From assembly GCA_044376115.1 (NCBI GenBank), contig JBILLK010000004.1, forward strand, positions 1 to 64,000: a stretch of DNA of 64,000 bases. Reading direction: 5' to 3'. The notes beneath the pieces are model-generated. The model was not told the origin of the DNA. It saw only the letters and a program-made list of their open reading frames with translations, and searched no databases. A program made the position numbers and the translations under genes. Within the stretch, counting starts at the first letter, position 1, and the number at the start of each line of letters is the position of its first letter. This DNA comes from Polyangiaceae bacterium (GTDB taxonomy: Bacteria; Myxococcota_A; Polyangia; Polyangiales; Polyangiaceae). Positions 58,856 to 64,000 of this stretch are shown here, piece by piece.

Positions 58856-60082
58856 TCAACCGCCCGAAGCGGCCTGTAACGAATGAACGACCTCACCGCC
58901 CGCAATGACGGTGAGGGCTTTGCTCAGGCCAAACGGCTGAGCCAAGGCGTCTTCATGCGGCAGGTCCCACAAGACCAGATCCGCACGTGCGCCCACGGAC
59001 AGTTGGCCGTGGGACTTGAGATCGAGGCTCAAAGCCGCTTCCACGGTGGCGCCGCGCAGCGCCTCCGTCACCGAGAGGCCATAGTTCCTGACGGCGAACG
59101 CGAGCGCAAGAGGCAGGCTCTCGGTCGGTGCAGTGCCAGGGTTTGCATCGCTGGCCACCACCATACGGAGGCCGTGTTTGCGCAGCTCATCGATCGCAGG
59201 CGTTGGCCCGCGCAAGGTGAAGCTCGCGACCGGTAGCAAGCCGACACGAACGCCCGCTGCTGCGAGCGCAGCAAGCCCCGCTTGCGAAACGTGTTCGGCG
59301 TGATCCACCGAGAGCGCCCCCAACTCAGCCGCGAACTCGGCACCGCCAACGTCGGCAAACTGACCGATGTGAAGCCGTAGCCCAAAGCCATCTCGCCGAG
59401 CTCGCTCGCACAGCGTACGAGCCTGCGCTACCGAAAACGCCGCTCGATCGAGGTAAGCGTCGACGAAGCGAAACAAGCCCTCCTCAGCGAGCGCCGGGTA
59501 GCTCTCTTCAGTCACCGTCCGTGCGTAGCCGTCCCGATCGCCCGCCGCTTCCGGCGGAACGGCGTGCAGGCCGAGGAAGGTGGGAACCAGAGTTAGCTGT
59601 CGCAAGCGAGCCTGCGCGGTTCGTATCGCACGCAGCTGTTTTCGCTCGCTCGCCAAATCGAGCCCGTAGCCGCTCTTGATTTCGAAGCTGGTGACGCCCA
59701 GCGCGACCATCCGCCGCAAGCGAGCCACCAGTTGCTCGACGAGCTGCTCCTCCGCGATCGCGCGCACCGCCCGCATGCTGCTGACGATGCCACCGCCCGC
59801 TTTGGCGATCGCCTCGTAGTCGGCGCCGGCCATCCGCAGCGCGTACTCGTTGTGCCGAGAGCCCGCCCAAGCGGCGTGCGTATGTGCATCGCAAAGCCCA
59901 GGCGTGACGAGCTCGGCCTCGAGCACGACCGCGGTGGGCAGCGCCTCTGGCGCCTCGCTACGTGGCCCGATCCGCGCGACGAGCCCTCCTTCGACGTCGA
60001 GAAAGGCGTGTTCGATCACGCCCAACCCGGAGCCGGTGCAGCAAACCAGACGCTCAGCGAGCACGCGCAACGGGCGCTTCAT
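58856..60082 (-). CDS. hutI: Imidazolonepropionase
   Basis: PGLCDAHTH, GGGIVSS, EIKSGYGL, TFLGLH, DANPGTAP. Confidence 0.92.
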   Translation of the reverse strand: MKRPLRVLAERLVCCTGSGLGVIEHAFLDVEGGLVARIGPRSEAPEALPTAVVLEAELVTPGLCDAHTHAAWAGSRHNEYALRMAGADYEAIAKAGGGIVSSMRAVRAIAEEQLVEQLVARLRRMVALGVTSFEIKSGYGLDLASERKQLRAIRTAQARLRQLTLVPTFLGLHAVPPEAAGDRDGYARTVTEESYPALAEEGLFRFVDAYLDRAAFSVAQARTLCERARRDGFGLRLHIGQFADVGGAEFAAELGALSVDHAEHVSQAGLAALAAAGVRVGLLPVASFTLRGPTPAIDELRKHGLRMVVASDANPGTAPTESLPLALAFAVRNYGLSVTEALRGATVEAALSLDLKSHGQLSVGARADLVLWDLPHEDALAQPFGLSKALTVIAGGEVVHSLQAASGG

Positions 60083-60972
60083 GCGAGGCTCGCTACCACG
60101 GTGCTGTTGCGATCGATCGCCGCCTCGGCGGCCTCGACGCTCGCGACCGCGGCGGCGTCACTCGAAGCAAGGTTGGTCTCGTCCACACCGAGCAGACGTA
60201 AGAGCAGCGGAGGCGGCCGAAACCCGAGTTCGGGCTCGCGGGCGAAGAGCGCCGCTAAATGCTCAGCGTACGCCTGCGCGAGCTCGCGGAACTCGATCCG
60301 ATCGAACGGCTTGGTACGCCGCCGTGAGGCGTATGCGGACGCGACCAGCGCCACGAACATAAGCTTGTAGAGCATGCGCAGCCGCAGCCGCGCGAGTTCG
60401 GACTTTCCCGCCATCGCGTGCTTCAAGAAGTGAACGTTGAGCGGTACGTGAAACGACTCATCGCGCGTAAGGATGGTCAACATTGGACGGATCGCCGGGT
60501 GCTTCACCCTAGCGAGGGCCATGCGGTAGGTCGTCGAGCCGATCGATTCGAACATCAAGTTCACGAGTACGATCGACTCCATGCGTTTGGCCCGACCGTA
60601 GAGCCGGTAGAACGTCCCGGTGACCCGGCCCATCGGTTTGATTTCACCGCCGATGAATTGCAAAAACTTGGTAAGCAGCTGTCGGTGCCAACCCTCTTCA
60701 TCACCGTACAGCCGAAGCGTCTCGGCTAGCTCGGGGTCGAGCGAACTCACCTCCTCTGCGAGCTCGTGGGCTTGCCGTAGCCCGGACTCCTCAGCACGAA
60801 AGGCCGCGTTGAAAAATGCGATGGCCGCGCGTTGCTCTTCGGCCGACGCCCACTCGACCGGCGTCGATAAGTCGAGGACGTGGTCAGCCATACGCTCGCG
60901 ACGACGTTTGAGCGCTTGCAGCCAGAAGGAGGTCGGACGTCTCGTGGCGACTTGCTCGTGCAAAAAGGCCAT
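60079..60972 (-). CDS. Ferritin-like diiron protein
   Basis: E (AEESG), DEEGWH, E (FESIG), RDESFH carboxylate/His pattern. Confidence 0.8.
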   Translation of the reverse strand: MAFLHEQVATRRPTSFWLQALKRRRERMADHVLDLSTPVEWASAEEQRAAIAFFNAAFRAEESGLRQAHELAEEVSSLDPELAETLRLYGDEEGWHRQLLTKFLQFIGGEIKPMGRVTGTFYRLYGRAKRMESIVLVNLMFESIGSTTYRMALARVKHPAIRPMLTILTRDESFHVPLNVHFLKHAMAGKSELARLRLRMLYKLMFVALVASAYASRRRTKPFDRIEFRELAQAYAEHLAALFAREPELGFRPPPLLLRLLGVDETNLASSDAAAVASVEAAEAAIDRNSTVVASLA

Positions 60973-61065
60973 GACGGCCGCTTTATATCGCGAATCGACG
61001 GCGAGCTGAACCGTCCTTGCGCGAAGGTTGTCGCACCAACCATGCAGGCAGACTAAGCTTGCGCG

Positions 61066-62622
61066 GTGCTCCTTCGCCCCCCGGCCGAGCAGCTGACCCT
61101 CCCGCTTCCGGACACGTCAGCGACCGGCGAACCCACTCGAATTCCGCGGGCCAAGCGGATCTTTGCGAACCGCAGCCTCAAGCTATCCCAGGTCGACTGG
61201 GTCGGCTTCGACATGGACTACACCTTGGCGATCTACCGCCAGGAGGAGATGGATCGGCTGAGCGTCGAGTGCACCTTGCGCAAGCTCGTCGCGCGCGGAT
61301 ATCCGCCGGAGATCTGCGATCTCGAATACCCCTACGACTTCCCGATCCGCGGCCTACTGATCGACAAGAAGCTCGGCAACATCCTAAAGATGGACCGCTT
61401 CAAACACGTCCAGAAGGGCTACCACGGGATGCGCAAGCTCGAGCGCGACGAGCTGCGTGCGCTTTACCAGTCGAAGCGCATACGCCCTCAGAACTCGCGC
61501 TACCACTGGGTGGATACGCTCTACGCCCTCTCGGAAGCGGCGATCTACGCCAAGATCATCGACTTCTTCGAGGGCCTCGGCCATCCGGTCGACTACGTTT
61601 CGCTGTTCACCGACATCCGCGAGTCGATTGACGAAGCGCACCGCGACGGAACCATCTTGGACGCTGTCGAGGCCGATCTTCCGCGCTATGTCGAACGAGA
61701 CCCGCTGCTCGCGCCGACGTTGCACAAGCTCCGCTCGGCGGGGAAACGGCTGTTTCTGCTCACCAACAGCCGTTGGCCGTTCACCCAAGCGATGATGACC
61801 TACCTGCTCGGGGACGCGTTGCCCGAGTATCCGAGCTTTCGTCACTTCTTCGATGTGATCGTCGTCGCTGCGGCGAAGCCAGCTTTTTTCCAGGAGTCGC
61901 GCGCGCTGATGATGCGCACCGTCGAAGGCGAGCTTCGGCCCGCCACCTTTCCGCTCGAACGCGGCGCCGTTCACGAGGGTGGCAACCTTCAGGATTTGGA
62001 ACGCGCGCTCGGTACCACCGGCGACCGCGTGCTCTACGTGGGCGATCACATCTACGGCGACATTCTTCGCTCCAAACGTGAGAGCGCCTGGCGCTCGGCG
62101 ATGGTGATTCAGGAGATGTCGGTCGAGGTCCTCGCCTCCGAGAAATGTCGCAGCGAGATGGACCGGGTGCATGAGCTCCACAACCGCCGCGAGGAGTTGG
62201 AGGACCAACTGCGGTTCTATCAGCTGCGGTTCAAAGAACTGACCCGCCAGATCGACGAGCACCTCCCCCGCCCTGCCGAGCCCGACGATTCGGTTGCGCC
62301 CGCTGCGCCCACGGAAGCGGCAACCAGTGAAGCAGCTCTCGCGCTCGAGATCGAACGTACGCGGGTCAAGCGCACAGTGGAACGGGTGCGCGGCCAGATG
62401 CGAACCATCGACCAGGAGGTCAGTGAACTGGAGCAGGTGATCGACGCCTGCTTCCACCCGTATTGGGGCTCACTGATGAAGGAGGCCGATGACCGCTCGA
62501 GCTTCGGCGATCAGGTGGAGGAGTACGCCTGCATCTACACCTCGCGCGTATCGAATTTTGCGGCGTACTCTCCGCTGCAACACTTCCGCAGCGGTCGCGA
62601 CCGCATGCCCCACGAGCAGTAG
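61066..62622 (+). CDS. HAD-IG family 5'-nucleotidase (cN-II-like)
   Basis: GFDMDYTLA, LLTNS, KPAFF, YVGDHIYGDI, YTSRVSN. Confidence 0.92.
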   Translation: MLLRPPAEQLTLPLPDTSATGEPTRIPRAKRIFANRSLKLSQVDWVGFDMDYTLAIYRQEEMDRLSVECTLRKLVARGYPPEICDLEYPYDFPIRGLLIDKKLGNILKMDRFKHVQKGYHGMRKLERDELRALYQSKRIRPQNSRYHWVDTLYALSEAAIYAKIIDFFEGLGHPVDYVSLFTDIRESIDEAHRDGTILDAVEADLPRYVERDPLLAPTLHKLRSAGKRLFLLTNSRWPFTQAMMTYLLGDALPEYPSFRHFFDVIVVAAAKPAFFQESRALMMRTVEGELRPATFPLERGAVHEGGNLQDLERALGTTGDRVLYVGDHIYGDILRSKRESAWRSAMVIQEMSVEVLASEKCRSEMDRVHELHNRREELEDQLRFYQLRFKELTRQIDEHLPRPAEPDDSVAPAAPTEAATSEAALALEIERTRVKRTVERVRGQMRTIDQEVSELEQVIDACFHPYWGSLMKEADDRSSFGDQVEEYACIYTSRVSNFAAYSPLQHFRSGRDRMPHEQ

Positions 62623-62624
62623 CC

Positions 62625-63620
62625 TCAGCTCTTGCTGCTCTTCTTGGCGGTGGTGGATTTTTTGGCGCCAGCCTTCTTGGTTTTGGCGCCCTTCTTCTGC
62701 TCGCCCTTGTCGTCGGACTTGGCGGACTTGGCGAGTTTGTCGCTGCCGTTCGCCTTTTCCTTCGCCTTCTTGGGCGGGAGCTTTACGAACAGCTTCTCGA
62801 TCCGAGCCTGCTCGTCGCCGCCGGCACAGCAGCGAAAGCCGGTGGAGTAGTCGTGGTACTTGCGATCGTGCGCCGTCGTCCGATAGTCGCAACCGGCGCC
62901 GTTGATCGAGGTATCCAGGTAGTAGCCCCCGCGGAAGGTCCCTTCTACGGCGGCCGTCCACTCGTGCAGATTGCCGACCATGTCGTAGACCTTCAGGCCC
63001 GTCTTGCACTTGGGGAAGGAACCGCTCTTGGCGAGTGAACCCTCGACCTGGTTGAGCCGCGGATCGTTCATGTTCTCGACGTTGTAGGCACTCGGCTCGG
63101 GCGGGGTGTTGTTGCCTGGCCCGAACAGCAGGTTGAAGCCCGAAACACCGCGGTCATTGCAAGCGCCGTCGACGCGCTCATTGCCGTACGGGTACTGCGT
63201 CGGCTTCTTTCCTTTGCACACACTGACCCATTCATCGTCGGTGCAAAGCCGCTTGCCCGCGTTGACGCAGGCGAGCTCCGCCTCGTCTCGGCTGATGTGC
63301 GCCTGCGGGACTTTGCCCTTCTCCGAGATGGCCATCACGTGCTCACCGGTCACGCCCTTGTAGGGCGAGTGCGAGCGCAGAACCTTCGGCCTGTGTTTTC
63401 CTCGGCGAGGCGCATCGACGATGACGGTGGCAGCCTCGTAGCGGTCGATGCAGAAGCCGGCCGCGATGCTGACCATGCCCTTGGGACACGAGCCCGCCTC
63501 GGCCGATGGCCAGGCCAAGCCGTCTCCCGGTTCCCAGTCTGCAGCCGGAGCAGGCAGAAGCAGACCGAGGGCCAGCGCGATGCCACCAACCGCGAGGCTT
63601 GCTGCTTTCATCCCGGACAT
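62625..63620 (-). CDS. SUMF1/FGE-sulfatase-domain secreted protein
   Basis: FCIDRYE, GKRLCTDDEW, YDMVGNLHEW, TGFRCC; Lys-rich tail. Confidence 0.85.
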   Translation of the reverse strand: MSGMKAASLAVGGIALALGLLLPAPAADWEPGDGLAWPSAEAGSCPKGMVSIAAGFCIDRYEAATVIVDAPRRGKHRPKVLRSHSPYKGVTGEHVMAISEKGKVPQAHISRDEAELACVNAGKRLCTDDEWVSVCKGKKPTQYPYGNERVDGACNDRGVSGFNLLFGPGNNTPPEPSAYNVENMNDPRLNQVEGSLAKSGSFPKCKTGLKVYDMVGNLHEWTAAVEGTFRGGYYLDTSINGAGCDYRTTAHDRKYHDYSTGFRCCAGGDEQARIEKLFVKLPPKKAKEKANGSDKLAKSAKSDDKGEQKKGAKTKKAGAKKSTTAKKSSKS

Positions 63621-63734
63621 TCGACCTGCTCCTCTCTGGCAGCGCCGGGGGTCCCGGAGCGGCGCCATCCCTTTTGTCTCGCCGTCGACAAAAGCACAAC
63701 TTATACCGTGGTCCAACGTGCGAAAGACCAGCTT

Positions 63735-64000
63735 GTGACCTCGGAAAGACTGCGCGTCCTCTTCAAAAGCTCCGCCGCCGACTTCGTGGTCAACGAGCTG
63801 CCCGCGTACCCCGCTTCTGGCGCTGGGGACCACGTCTTTGTGCGTTTTACCAAAGAGAACCTCACCACCGATGAGGCCGTTCGCGCGATTTGTCGCGCGC
63901 TACGCGTCAACCCGCGCGATGCCGGCGTTGCAGGCGTCAAAGATCGCGTCGCCGTTTCGTCGCAGACCGCCAGTTTTTTGATGCCGAAGGGCGATCCGGA
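63735..64000 (+). CDS. truD: tRNA pseudouridine(13) synthase TruD (3' end outside window; missing from ORF track)
   Basis: My translation: VTSERLRVLFKSSAADFVVNELPAYPASGAGDHVFVRFTKENLTT...AGVAGVKDRVAVSSQ, with DFxVxE and the catalytic GxKD. Confidence 0.9.
   Translation, partial: MTSERLRVLFKSSAADFVVNELPAYPASGAGDHVFVRFTKENLTTDEAVRAICRALRVNPRDAGVAGVKDRVAVSSQTASFLMPKGDP

Noticed and set aside
63621..63833. N-terminal extension of the FGE-sulfatase ORF
   Set aside because: Overlaps truD on the opposite strand; the signal peptide begins at about 63620-63611.

Overview
High-GC (roughly two-thirds G+C by eye), densely coding chromosomal segment of a myxobacterium, most likely Polyangiaceae/Sorangiineae-like (inferred from a MYXO-CTERM protein, an IgGFc-binding lipoprotein, an FGE-sulfatase-like protein, a Ser/Thr kinase, an FHA protein and many Gly/Ser/Pro-rich lipoproteins). 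It holds about 52 CDS. Housekeeping genes: smc, rel, hemW, speA, udk, hrpB, hutI, a pheA-like gene, truD (partial), RNase II-family, HIT and parvulin genes, plus tRNA-Lys(TTT). The rest are mostly secreted or lipoprotein hydrolases and hypotheticals. No integrase, transposase, prophage, rRNA or CRISPR array was seen. Best leads: (1) a divergent citrate-synthase / HTH-citrate-synthase pair with an AT-rich AATCAAT operator-like array inside the HTH gene; (2) a translationally coupled DUF455 ferritin-like diiron protein plus ATP-grasp ligase, followed by a small ORF with an ssrA-tag-like AANDNV motif; (3) a cluster of seven TTC/GAA-triloop hairpins and 13-bp repeats behind tRNA-Lys; (4) a single ORF joining a MYXO-CTERM surface protein to a beta-barrel that has its own internal signal peptide; (5) an MJ1316/DUF504-like domain fused to a Cys zinc finger, divergent from an MBL-cNMP phosphodiesterase; (6) a PheA with both catalytic sites degenerate. 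All family calls come from motif recognition by eye; no database search was run. Many start codons were moved from the ORF track to starts with a plausible RBS or signal peptide.
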